The notes: generated from the sequence alone by a model not told the origin. A stretch of 52,771 nucleotides of DNA from Welwitschia mirabilis (GCA_051453625.1 JBOZIK010000001.1:33561613-33614383), one strand, 5' to 3'. Positions 1 through 11,164 are shown, counted from the first letter of the stretch. Numbers and translations: made by a program.

Positions 1-113
1 CATTGTTTAAGTTTGTTTTAGAAGTATAGTATTGCAAAAATTAGTAAGAAATTTTCTAGAACCCTATTCACCCCCCCCCCCCTCTGCTCTAGGGTGATTG
101 TACGATCCTAACA
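1..113 (+). mobile_element. 3' end (U5) of a SIRE-like Ty1-copia LTR, truncated by the window edge
   Basis: ACCCTATTCA-C-run-CTCTAGGG...TCCTAACA (61-113) is the same terminal motif as the other SIRE-like LTRs here (16010-16049, 24277-24312). Confidence 0.75.
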
Positions 114-1369
114 GTTAGGACTACACGGCACCCTAGAGGGGGGTGAATAGGGTATTATTTAAAAACTTAGGAATCCAACTAACAAAATGTATAACTAACT
201 GAAACAAATGAATTTAGGAATGAATGTAGGAAAGCAATTTGTAAGAAGTTAGACAAAAAAGAAAAGTGCACCAGCAATTTATAGTGGGTCAGCACATAAC
301 CTACTCCACACTTAGAGGGCAACAACTGCTATCAGTCTCCTAGTTTCCTTAGTTTTCAACAACTGATTACAACAACCCTATCACCAAGGATAACTTCCAA
401 CTTTTGCACTAGCCTCAACACAGTGAGCATTCCACAGATGGTACAAGATAAAGATTTGATGGGAGAGTGCCTACCTAATACACAGAGCATCAACTTGACA
501 TACAAGATATGACTCCTTTTAGAAAGAGAACAAGAAAGAGAGTGACTCAGTATAGCACAATATAGAGGATAGAGTGATGTCACAATTTTGAGCAGAATTC
601 ACTTTTAGTACTCTACAACAGAAAGATAAAACCTAGTTTTGAATGGTACATTTATTCTCATTGAGAATGATCTATGAAAATGAGAGAGAGTGACTCAATA
701 TAGCACAATTTAGAGGATAGAGTGATGTCATGATTTTGAGCACAATTCACTTTTAGTACTATTCAACAGAAAGATAAAACCCAGTTTTGAATGGTACGTT
801 TATTCTCATTGAGAATTATCTATAGGTATTTATAGACACACTAGAAAAATAGTTATTAGGAACTCATGTGGTGTGCCCTTGACGTTGATTAGTGTGCAAG
901 GAGATTATTTGAACCAATTGTGCATTGATTTTCAAAAACCAATGTTCACAGCGATTAGCTTTTCACTTCAATGTTCACTTGGACAGACATCCCATTATAT
1001 AAGTTCGGACATCCCAATTTTGTTACCAAGTATCTATTAAATCTGAGATGTCTTGCTTTCTCAAGGTGGACATCCTTATACTAACGAACTACACAGGCTC
1101 AAACATCCTGTTTCAAAGGTTGGACATCCCCATATTGACTGACTGCTCACAAGGCTAGACATCTTGGCTTCACAAGGAGGACGTCCCGGTATATTGATTC
1201 TTTAGTACTCTCAATTTTGTTTAGTGTCAGTGAGTTTGCTTGGTTTCATTGCCTTTCTTCATTTTGCAAATATCTTCCTAATGACTTTCCATATTGAGAT
1301 TACTCGGTAGGAGCTCTAGGTCAACTACCTTAGTACATTTAGACATCATTGAAACACATATCTCCCACA
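114..1369 (-). repeat. 3' LTR of the intronic SIRE-like element
   Basis: Starts TGTGGGAGA (minus strand) right after PPT TTGAGGGAGAT. TATA CTATAAATA at 827-835, GGACRTCC palindrome array at ~985-1190, ends ...CCCTCTAGGG...TCCTAAC. Confidence 0.8.
538..823. repeat. 148-bp tandem duplication inside the LTR
   Basis: AGTGACTCA recurs at 541 and 689; GAGAAT(G/T)ATCTAT ends at 675 and 823; a few mismatches. Confidence 0.9.
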
Positions 1370-2129
1370 ATCTCCCTCAAGGGAATCCAGAAGATTGATT
1401 GCAGATTGCATTGCTCCACCCTGAGATTGTGTTCTCCTTATAGAGCTTGAAAAGCATTCAAGGCACATGCATTGATTGGGTCCCAACCCTCAATGTGCAA
1501 AGTCTAATAACTAAAAGTTTGATAGACAAGGTCTTGGAACACAACATACTTACGCAAAAGATATATTTTGCAGAGCACGTATCTCAACTTTGTTCAACAA
1601 CATAGCATAATTCAATAAAAGGTAAGGTTGTTAACTACAACATTAATCTAGTATAAATTAGCCAGAGGCAATTCATTTTGGACTAATAGAGAATAAAGTA
1701 CCAATTGAATAGTGTATCAAGAACACAATTTGATCATTCAACAACCAACTTGCGTAGAGAATCATTATTAAGCAAAGCACATAAAAACAAGTCATATAAC
1801 TAAGTACCAATATTTTTGCCCCTTTGTTATCATTGAAAGACAATATAAGGCACAAAATAAATAAAAAGGAGTTTATATTATGAAAAGTNNNNNNNNNNNN
1901 NNNNNNNNNNNNNNNNNNNNNNNNNNNNNNNNNNNNNNNNNNNNNNNNNNNNNNNNNNNNNNNNNNNNNNNNNNNNNNNNNNNNNNNNTGCCCCTTTGTT
2001 ATCATTGAAAGACAATATAAGGCACAAAATAAATAAAAAGGAGTTTATATTATGAAAAGTGTGGCCATGAGATTGACTAAGTAGAAAAGGATAGAGAAGG
2101 ATGACTAATGAGAGTGAAATTTGGTCAAA

Positions 2130-3163
2130 GGAATCATTAGGCTCCGAGGCTACTGGGTGATCTCCTTGTGCTTGCTTTTCATCAAATCCAAGTGGAATCT
2201 CAAGACCATAAGCTGACAAGCCAAAGACAATTCTCTCAACTTTTGGGTGCATATTGTGTGTGGTAGCCATGGCTTCAAGCCCAATGTCTCTAACATCCAA
2301 AGTTGCCTCCATAAGATCCTCATTCATTACAAGCTTGGTACTAGTACCCTCTTCAATACAGTGTTTTTTTCTTAGGTGGGGGAGTAGCTAAGTAGGTGTC
2401 CTAATGTTAGCAAAAACATTCATTTTCTTTAAAGAATAAAGCCCAAGCAGGTTGGGCAACTTAACCAATTCTTCATTGTTATCTACCACAAGTTGATGAT
2501 TTCTTAAAATGGTAGTGATAAGCCCACCAAACTGGCCATGAGAAAGTGACTTATATAAAACATGATAAAGTTATACAAATTAATCTTCACTCTAGTACCA
2601 CAACAATATAAAATGTATGCACATAATAGAGAAACCTTATCTNNNNNNNNNNAATATAACTCTGTAGAAGGGATTCAGTTGGCTGGTTGGAATGTTTGCT
2701 CTCCAACTATCATTTCTCCCACACAATTCAATTGTCAAAACATTTTTAGAAACTACTTCTTGTAAGGAACTAATTAAAGTAATTTCTCAAAAGAAGCCTT
2801 TATTGGGGTAACTACTAATAAGAGAAATTGCTTCTAAATCCACTTCTACTGTTCTACCAAAAACTTTTGTTGTAATCTATTGTGCATTCGTATCAAAAAT
2901 GGCATTGCAATAAAATAAACATACCATCCTTATAGAAGCCTTGGTATTTGGGTGAAGTGCATACACCTAGCCTTGTTCATCAAATTTGTGAGCAATCTTA
3001 ACTTCATGCTGGAAGGAATCAAAATCTATCTTTCTTTCTAGGGTAATAGGCCTCTTTAAAAGCCCCTAAACCAAGATTTTTTGTGTTCTAGTGATAGAAA
3101 CCATTCTTCTTCAAAGGCAAGCTCTTTTCCCTTCCTGCAGATAGCTAGCTTGCTTCTCACCAT
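2130..3163 (-). pseudogene. Decayed env-like ORF of the SIRE-like element
   Basis: ATG at 3163, then MVRSKLA..., KRPITLERKIDF, MVCLFYCNA, TKVFGRTVEVD, FGGLITTIL, interrupted by stops and frameshifts. Lies between RNase H and the 3' LTR; 3' boundary approximate. Confidence 0.65.
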
Positions 3164-3639
3164 TTTAACTCAGGAAGGATGGTAATGGAAGAGTCAGATA
3201 GAGATAAAAATGAGAATGACAACAAAGAAGACTTTAGGGGGTTAATAAACCCTGAATGAAGCATGAGACATCCTACAATATCATCCACGTCAAAGGCCAA
3301 CATCCAAGATCAACTAAGTAGGTGTCCAAGTTATAAAGAGGAAGTTTTTGAAAATTAAAAAGAGTAAACATCCATGTATTCAGGTTGGGACGTCTAGGGT
3401 CCTAATCGATAGGATTAAATAAAAACTCAGTTGGAGTCTCAAAAGAGCAAAGATCTAGACAACTTTTGGAAGATGTGATCAAAAATTGAAGTGTGTTTAG
3501 TTGATAAAACTAGGTAGTACAAGTAAGATATTTGATAATAGTATTCCAAAATTGGATAGGTTTTCAATGCCAATGAGGCTTTCAAGATAATAGCCAATAT
3601 TAGTACAAATATATGCTAATTAAGAAAGAAGTCATAGCC

Positions 3640-5403
3640 TAAGGGGGAATGCCCGTATTCTAAGATTCTTCTTCACTTAGAGCTTTAGTCATGATATCTC
3701 CAATTTGATGATTAGTATCAATGTATTCTAATTCAACTATATGATTTTGTACATGATCTTTTATGAAGTGATGCCTTATATCAATATGCTTGGTTCAACA
3801 GCATTGCACAGGATTTTTTGTGATGTTAATTGCAGTGGTGTTGTCATAACCCATCTTGACCTTGTTCACTTCTGCTGCAAAATCTGTCAATGTTTGTTTT
3901 ATCCAAATGAGTTGGGCACAACAAGCTCCTATGGCTATGTATTCAGCTTCTGTTGTAGACAATAAAGTAGTATTTTTTTTCCTACTAGACTATGAAACTA
4001 GTGATGCCTCATATCAATATGCTTGGTTCGACAGTATTGCACAGGATTTTTTGTAAAATTAATTGCAGTGGTGTTGTCACAATCCATCTTGATCTTGTTC
4101 ACTTCTACTCCAAAATCTGTTAATGTTTGTTTTATCCAAATGAGTTAGGCACAACAAGCTCTTATGGCTATGTTTCCAGCTTCTGTTGTAGACAATAAAG
4201 TAGTAGTTTGTTTCCTAGTAAACTATGAAACTAGATAGTTTCCCATATAAAAATAGGCTCCACTTGTGCTTTTCCTATCATCAATATAACCTGCCCAATC
4301 TACATCACTCTACCTAACAAGATCAAGAGTATTGTATACAGATACCATAATCCAAAATTTTGAATGTATTTCAAATATCGTAGAATTTTTTTAACACAAA
4401 CTAAGTGAGATTCTTTGGGATTAGATTGGTACCTAACACATATACTAATGTTATGAGCTATGTATGGTCTACTAGTAGTGACATACAACAAGCTTCCTAT
4501 TATACCTCTAAACAATTTTTGATCTCTTTGCTTACTTGAATCATCTTCGCTGACTTTTATATTAGTACATAAAGGTGTCCTTGAATCTTTTACATTTACC
4601 ATATCATACGTTTTTAGTATATCTCTAATATACTTTGTTTGGCTGATAAATACTATATCCTTCAACTGCTTAATTTGGAGTCCTAGAAAGAAATTTAATT
4701 AGCATATCATATTCATCTCGAACTCCTCTTGCATAAGTTCAGCAAATTCTTGTGCGAGCGAGGCTTTTGTTGAACCAAAAACTATATCATCAACATAGAT
4801 TTGAACTATCAAGGTATCTTTGTTCTCATGTTTGATAAAATAGTGTAAGGTCAGCATTTCCTTTTTGAAAACCATTTGATAGAAGGAAAGTACTCAGCCT
4901 ATCAAACCAAGCTCTAGGAGCTTATTTTAAATTATACAAAGTTTTGTTCAATTGATATACATAATTAGGAAATTTTGGATCTACAAAACCTGCAAATTGG
5001 GCTACATACCCCTTCTCATTTATATAACCATTCAGAAAGCCACTTTTAATGCTTTATGGAAACATGCAAATGGTAACAACATAAGTATAGCTTCTAACTT
5101 GTCAACATAAGCAAGCATCTTGCTGTCATCTATTTCTTTGTATTCACTATTTCCTTAAGCAACCAAACAAGCCTTGTTTTGTACTATGTGATGGGTTTCC
5201 ATCTCTTTTATTTTGAGTACCTACTTGGTTCCAGTGATATGCTTTCCATCTAGAGGAGGAACTAAACCCCAAGCATTGTTTCTTTCAAATTGATTGAGCT
5301 CTTTTTGCATGGCTAGCATCCATGCCTCATCCCTTTCCGGTTTCTGAAAAGATTTAGGCTCCAAACTCAAAAAAACATAGAAAACTAGGGCTAATGTGCT
5401 CAC
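3640..5403 (-). pseudogene. Copia reverse transcriptase / RNase H remnant
   Basis: ORFs 5221-5403 (EPK...WMLAMQKELNQFERN) and 4300-4665 (SQTKY...IGSLLYVTTSRP), YVDD motif, STTEAEYIA, KHIDMRHH. Confidence 0.92.
3768..4233. repeat. 233-bp tandem duplication of the RNase H core
   Basis: GTGATGCC at 3768 and 4001; both copies end TATGAAACTA(G); copies are diverged. Confidence 0.9.
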
Positions 5404-5409
5404 CGCTTC

Positions 5410-7006
5410 TAGTTAGAACAAACACTAGGAAATTCACAAAGAACTCTCATTGGCTACAAGTTGTGATCCTAGAATCATAGCCAACCCATAAACATTGAAG
5501 CACGTCTTCCTTTACAGAAAGAAGACCACCTTGTCTGGAAGGTTTAAGGTCACCCTTCCTACAGGAAGCAACATTCTTCTTAAGCTCCAAGTAGCTCTTT
5601 TTCATGTCTCTAAGTTCCTTGCAACGTCAGCATCTTGGAGGTTTCCTTTTGGTTTGCCCCCTACTACTCTTGACAACCAAAGCCTCATCTACAAATAAAT
5701 CATCAATATTGCGTAAACGACATAGCTCTTTAGCCAATGCAACACCAATTATCTCTTCAAAGTTTAGCATAACTAAAGTATTGCTACTCGATACCACCAC
5801 AAGATTGTTCCATGATTTAGGCAACAAACTTAGAAAAGTCATTGTCATGTCCTTATCAAAGATCTTCACCATTATTGCACTTATATGTGAAATGACAGAG
5901 TTGAATCCCTGCAGGTAATGGATCATGCTTCCATCTGCATTAGGTTTCATTTAATGTAACTCCCGATGGAGAAAAACTTGATTTGTAATGGTTTTTGTCT
6001 AGTGGATATTCTCAAACTTCTTCCACAAGTCATGCGCTGCCTTTTTGTCTTGCACATTAGAAAAACTAAATCATCCAAATAGTGTTGGACAATAGCCAAA
6101 GCTTTGCAATCCAAACTTGTCCCATTCGTCTAAAGACATGGAGCCCATTTTATGAGAGGATCCATGCAGGGGTAGTACTTGCTTCACTTCATACAAAAGG
6201 TCTAGTTGCTATTGTCAAATTTGTCTAACAAAAGAATCTTTTTCTTCATGTTGCATCGACTCCCATTCAAATAGGAATCACAAGTTTACAAATCAAAATC
6301 TACCTGAAAACATGCCACTGAAAACAACATACCAAACCTTAGTTAGTTCGTTCACTCACTCTACTTGTTACACTCCATCGTCTTCCTCAACCTTGCTCCA
6401 CTCGCTGATGCATGGGAATATCAACAAACTCCTGGAAGAAAACCCTTTCCCAACAAAACCTTGTGCTTCAATCAGCAATCAAGGCCTTTGATACCCCCTA
6501 TTAAGAAATAGCAAGCAAAAATAGCAAAGAAAACTACAAGTAGATTTTACAAAGCTCAAGATTTTAAAGCAATGTAAAACTCATTTATTAGAATAGCTAA
6601 AAGCTCTTTTTTATTATGTCTAAGCCATGCTTCTCTTTTATAGACTCGGTTTAGGCTTTCAATGCTAAAAAATATAAAAGAAAGAAGAGGGAAAACTTGA
6701 CACTGACTCAACTCCCCACTCACGTAAGTAACATAAAAAATAATTTTTACTACTTTATGAGGGTAAGGACCATTTAAGCCAATTAAAAGCAACATAATAA
6801 AACGGGGAAGATTTGGCTTGATTTTTCAAACATAACTTCTATGTGAGGAACACAAGGGAGGAAGCCTTGTTCTTATCGTGAGCCCATCCCTTTGGGATAT
6901 GTTAGAAAGAAGGATTTTGCCAATAACCAAGGACAAACTTCACTACTCGTCACTCTTCCATAAGTTACCATGCCACATTCCTAATATACCTATTCCACCC
7001 ATAACA
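5410..7006 (-). mobile_element. Tork/Tnt1-like Ty1-copia 5' fragment (LTR ~6499-7006, decayed PBS, gag, start of protease)
   Basis: ORF 5627-5950 has a Tnt1-type gag pattern (FLSLLPKSWNNLV, EALVV..RG). PBS remnant CTTTGATACC at ~6486-6495. LTR runs TGTTATG...TTAATA on the minus strand. Confidence 0.7.
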
Positions 7007-7125
7007 AACGCAGTTTCTTATTCACCACCTTTGGGTATGGCTTGTCGAGTAGGCTACTACTAACTGAAGCATAGAATAGTACCCATTTGTGTTGTGGTCT
7101 AGTTTAGGACTAGGGGTACTATTAG

Positions 7126-7437
7126 TATTAGGTATAAACTTGTCATGTCCAACCCAATCAGTGAGTAAATATGAAGGTTTATAGTTTCCACCTAAATCAT
7201 GGCTTCTAGTGGGATGTTAATGGACCCAACAATTCGTCTCAGAGCATAGTTTTGACTTTGCTTTAGGTTCGAATCTCTCCGATGCCTTTTTGGCTCATGT
7301 GAGCACTCAGTAGGTGGATCAAGGGGTAGATTGTTGGGTGTGCACTCCTCATGCCCAACCCTACAAGTAGGTAAATACGAAGGGTTCTAGTCTCCACCTA
7401 AGTCATGGCTTTTATTGAGATGGTAATGGACCCAACA
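7126..7437 (+). mobile_element. TRIM (terminal-repeat retrotransposon in miniature), 312 bp
   Basis: Two 106-bp direct repeats (7126-7231, 7332-7437) ending GGACCCAACA. PBS-like ...TCTCAGAGC follows the first, purine tract AAGGGGTAGAT precedes the second. No clean TSD. Confidence 0.8.
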
Positions 7438-8881
7438 TAGGGCTTGAGCCCTATGACCACCCTTTAGCAAAGTCATCCTTCCAATCTGCTAGGAGGATAT
7501 CTCTTACCCAAGAAGAGTGTGACATACATGGGAGATCAATCACCTAATAATGGGCATAATACAATTGATTCAGAGCATGATCCAACAAAGGAGATTAATC
7601 TTTTAGAGGAGGTGGGCATGGAGTTAGAGAGAGAAGGCATAAAGCTACATGCAAGTGGTTCATTAATACCTCTTACCCATGGACATGGACATCTAACAAA
7701 GAAAACTTACATAATGAGAAAAGCATCTAGTGAACAGTAGTAGAGATCACATAAAGAATTGATTAGTATATTTTTTTCCTTTTTTTCCCCTTTGTTGATG
7801 CATGCTAGATTGCTACATGAGTGCTGGATAGTTGGACTTTTGTAATGACAAGCCCATTTACATTTTGAGCTCAAACCCTTTTTAAAAATTTAAGATACAA
7901 TGCTATGTTTACCTTAAAGACATTTGTCAAAGTTTAATAGTATTCATGTTTTCTAGTTTTCATTTATTAACAAAAAATTTGATATTAGAATAGTATGCTA
8001 AAAGACAAAGTAACTAATAGCTCCACAGATGTGATTCTTGGAGAAATAATTGAAACATGCCTCTTTATATTTGCTATAATGGTTGTGTATTCTTCTAGTG
8101 TATGGAAGCATTTATAACTAGGATGGAAACTTTTACAGCATTTTCATAATTTTGTAAATATTTCTCAAGTTTTTCTATCTTTTCCTGTTTTACTGATCGC
8201 AATAAGGTAAAAGGGTTTCGATTTCGTATTTTTTAAAACTCTCATTGTTGATAATCTATACATCTGCGTATGGTCAAAGGAATCTAAACATGGCTCCTCG
8301 AAAAGAATCTGTTTTCACGTACAAAAAGACGTCTACAATTTGAAGAATGGCAATATTCTATGCTTTGAGTATGATGTGATTCGGAAAACTGAAACACGTA
8401 GTTAGCGTCATGTCTTCAGAATAAGTTAGTGAGGTCTATTCAGTGCCATTACATGCTGCAATTTAAGATTGACCCAAGTATTTTAGGTCCAAACCATGTT
8501 CTCTTTAAGCGCAAATCAGGATACTGTGATTATGTGTTACTAACAAAATACCAAAATCCAAATTTTTTATAGCTTTACAATGGTCAATGATAATTTTTTT
8601 CTCAGATTCTAACTGTTTCATTTTCACATTACAAGTAGCCTAAGGGACTGCAGCTAAAAGATCTTGGCAATTCCAGAGTTTTTCGAGCCTCTCTGAAATA
8701 CCTCCAACCTTTGAATGTACACCAAGATCCATTCAATTAAAATTGGATCTGATCTGCACACCAAATATGGTGTTACTGAAATCCTAGACTCTCATACGTT
8801 TTTCTCAATTCCAATTGGCAGCCGATATTCTATAATTCTCTTACTCGAAAACGAAAAATCAAAGTGGCAAAGAAAACTGAC

Positions 8882-9166
8882 CTGTGGAGAGCGAATGCGG
8901 GCAAGATGATGTATAAGGGTATGAATGGCAAAGAAAGTAGCAGCGCCAGAGCCAATGCGGGCACCCTGTGGGTCCGGGACGGCCAAAGTAATCGTATGGG
9001 AGGCAATTCGCTCCATGCGCTTGGCTCGATCCAGTTGCCACTGATACAGATGTGCCTGTTCTGGACTTGCAGCAGTCAAGATGATGGCATCCCATGTGTG
9101 AACTCTCTTCGGGTGCCTCACTGACAGCCTCAGATGATACCACGCCTTCGACAGAACTTCTTCCAT
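8882..9166 (-). CDS. FKGP: First coding exon (95 codons) of bifunctional L-fucokinase/GDP-L-fucose pyrophosphorylase
   Basis: WYHLRLSVRHP-x-RV-x-TWDAIILTAASPEQA-x-LY-x-WQL-x-RAKR...TLAVPDP-x-G-x-RIGSGAAT matches the plant FKGP N-terminus as I recall it. ATG context GAAATGG; phase-0 donor CAG|GTCAGT at 8882/8881. Confidence 0.93.
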
Positions 9167-9400
9167 TTCTCTGCTCTCTCCAGTTCGGTCTTTCTCTGGG
9201 GCAGCGGAGCAAGTGCACTTCTGAAGATTCTTCAGAATCGCCAGACACAGAGGTATAAAGGGATAAACGTAACTGTGTTGCAGAGCGCTTAGTATTGGAA
9301 CTGGGTTTTAAAATTGAAACAAAGAAATCACGTGCTTCGCATGTGGTCCAGAAGCCCAATTTGCGGGTTTTAAGGGTCGGCCTTTTCGCGTTTGACTTTT
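9167..9400 (-). promoter_or_regulatory. Putative FKGP 5' UTR / proximal promoter
   Basis: CpG-retaining segment with G-box CACGTG (9329-9334), site-II motif TGGGCT (minus, 9353-9358), and palindromes at 9211-9220 and 9219-9237. Confidence 0.5.
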
Positions 9401-9699
9401 TTTTGTCCCTGTTTTAAATATTGTTTTAACATTTCAACTCTGACTTATGTCAAAAGGAATCTAAAATAGTAAGAGGGGGGTTGTGTTTGTAAGAGGCTGT
9501 AGAAGAGGGATTCATTGCCTTAGTAAAGTGATAAAAAATAAAATTGCAATGTTATTATAAGTTATATGACATAATGTACTTTAAGGGAATTTAAATAACA
9601 AGAGGGAGTATTTTTCAAAATAAAATTCGAAAATAGGATGATTTATCTAGTGAGCACTGATTTAGTTTTTTCAACTCAAGATGGCACCAAAGAGATCTA

Positions 9700-10400
9700 G
9701 GCACTTCATTCCTCAACCAAAGCTTAAGACTTATTGTGAGTGAATTCCTAATTTTGTTCTTCATGATGCCTTATGTCAATCGCTTGCATTTGAAATTATT
9801 TCCCAATATATTTTTATTCAAATCCCTAGATGAAAATCTAAGGTCAAGTAGCTTTTGAATCATATTAGTAGTGCATAGAGTTGCGCAAACATCTAACCCA
9901 TTCATGCGCGTTATTGTTCTTTATCATTTATCCTTTTTGAACTCAATGATCCAGCAAAGTTCAAAATGCCTTTGATTTTGGTAAGAAGTAAATCATATTT
10001 GGACTTTGATCCTATTTGACCATAACATTTCTAGAGCTTCTAAGTCTACCATTAATTTTTGAACACAATATTATAAGGAAAATTGGTTGTGTGCAATGCA
10101 AAGAGAACTTATTTTTGCTTATGATATTAAGCACATATAGTACCTAGTAAATGTGAACCTCGATAATAAAAAAATCAAAATTTTTGCTGCAAGCAGTTCG
10201 CAAAGACTATCACTACAAAATTCTCTATTTTAATTTACCTAATTCATGTCATTTTGATTATTGCAAAAGCCTTATTGCAATAGTTATCCATTTGTTTCTA
10301 AGGTATTAGATGGAAAAAAGTATATATAAAGGACTACAATATATTAACCATGTGTTGGATTTTTGTTAAAAGCAAAGTAATCCTCCTAAAAACTAAAGTG
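9700..10400 (+). mobile_element. Heavily decayed copia pol fragment
   Basis: WLCAMQREL at ~10083 and IHVILIIA at ~10242 resemble the copia RT N-terminus; otherwise fragmentary. Confidence 0.4.
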
Positions 10401-11164
10401 ATAATAAGTTATCTAAATTGGCTTTTAAGAATAAACAAGTTAATGACTTGAATAGTATCATGCAAAAAGCTGTCACAAATGTTGTTAATGAAGTAAAATA
10501 ACTTCAAGTTATGAACAATGGCATCTTCTATTCTTGAGTTAGAAATTAAAAAAGAAAAGGAAAGAAAGAAAGATGACAAGATCAATTCCAATGGCAATCT
10601 TTAATCTAAACAAATCCTTCATGATAGATTAAGATAAGGCAAGGGCCTCCTTTCCCTCCCTCTTAACAATAACTATCCTTTCATTGGACATGTGGAAATT
10701 TGCAAATCACCTCTAATGTAGAAGTGTGTGTGATTTTATTCATGATCAAGGTACTTGTTTTAATATTTTTTCTACTAAAAGGTTATAACTCAAGTTGTGA
10801 AGCGTAATCTTGAGATTGATTATCTAAACAAACTTACAAAGCATTGGTTTAAGAAGCCTTATAGAAGCTTTCAAGCTAGACTTTTATGAGTTTTATTGAA
10901 AACTTAATGAGCTATTTTTGATGTATTTTGTTTTAATCGAATCTAAAAAGTTGTCTTTCTTAGGGATCCAACATCGAATCCTCTTAATTACCTCCCCCTC
11001 TTAAAGAAAAAAGGATGTGCCAATTGGATATGGTAGTTTAACTAGTGAGGAACTTATGCTTTATTGAAGAAGTCATGGATTTAAAACTTTCAATGATCTA
11101 ATTAACCCACTATGAGGACTTAGGTGTAATTAAAATTATTTATTTGGATGATTATGGTGGCTTT

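Larger units (their letters stand above)
114..5403 (-). mobile_element. SIRE-like Ty1-copia element, 3' half (RT-RNaseH, env-like ORF, multiple PPTs, 3' LTR)
   Basis: VQIYVDDIV at ~4781-4806, RNase H at 3640-4260, env-like region, PPT at 1370-1380 and upstream PPT-like motif at 1818-1842, LTR at 114-1369. Confidence 0.85.
1..8881 (-). other. Intron 1 of FKGP (>=8.8 kb, TE-filled; acceptor lies beyond the left edge)
   Basis: Donor CAG|GTCAGT after codon 95. The next conserved FKGP block (LHAGGDSKRVPWANP-type) was not found in the window. Confidence 0.7.

Noticed and set aside
1818..2060. Direct repeat flanking an N gap
   Set aside because: Identical sequence on both sides of a ~100-N gap; most likely an unmerged contig overlap.
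7126..7437. Cassandra element or tRNA gene
   Set aside because: No 5S-like segment in the LTRs; only a B-box, with no cloverleaf evident.
7519..7740. 73-aa plus-strand ORF in the intron
   Set aside because: GTG start and no recognisable domain; possibly a DNA-transposon remnant, but unsupported.
8792..8881. C-terminal 29 aa of the 124-aa ORF (VSFLCHFDF...)
   Set aside because: Read-through into the intron past the GT donor; not FKGP-like.
9219..9237. Heat-shock element
   Set aside because: Only two correctly spaced nGAAn units; the spacing of the others does not fit.
8859..9359. 166-aa minus ORF and 86-aa plus ORF (8864-9124) overlapping the FKGP exon
   Set aside because: Shadow frames of GC-richer coding DNA; non-ATG starts and no recognisable motifs.
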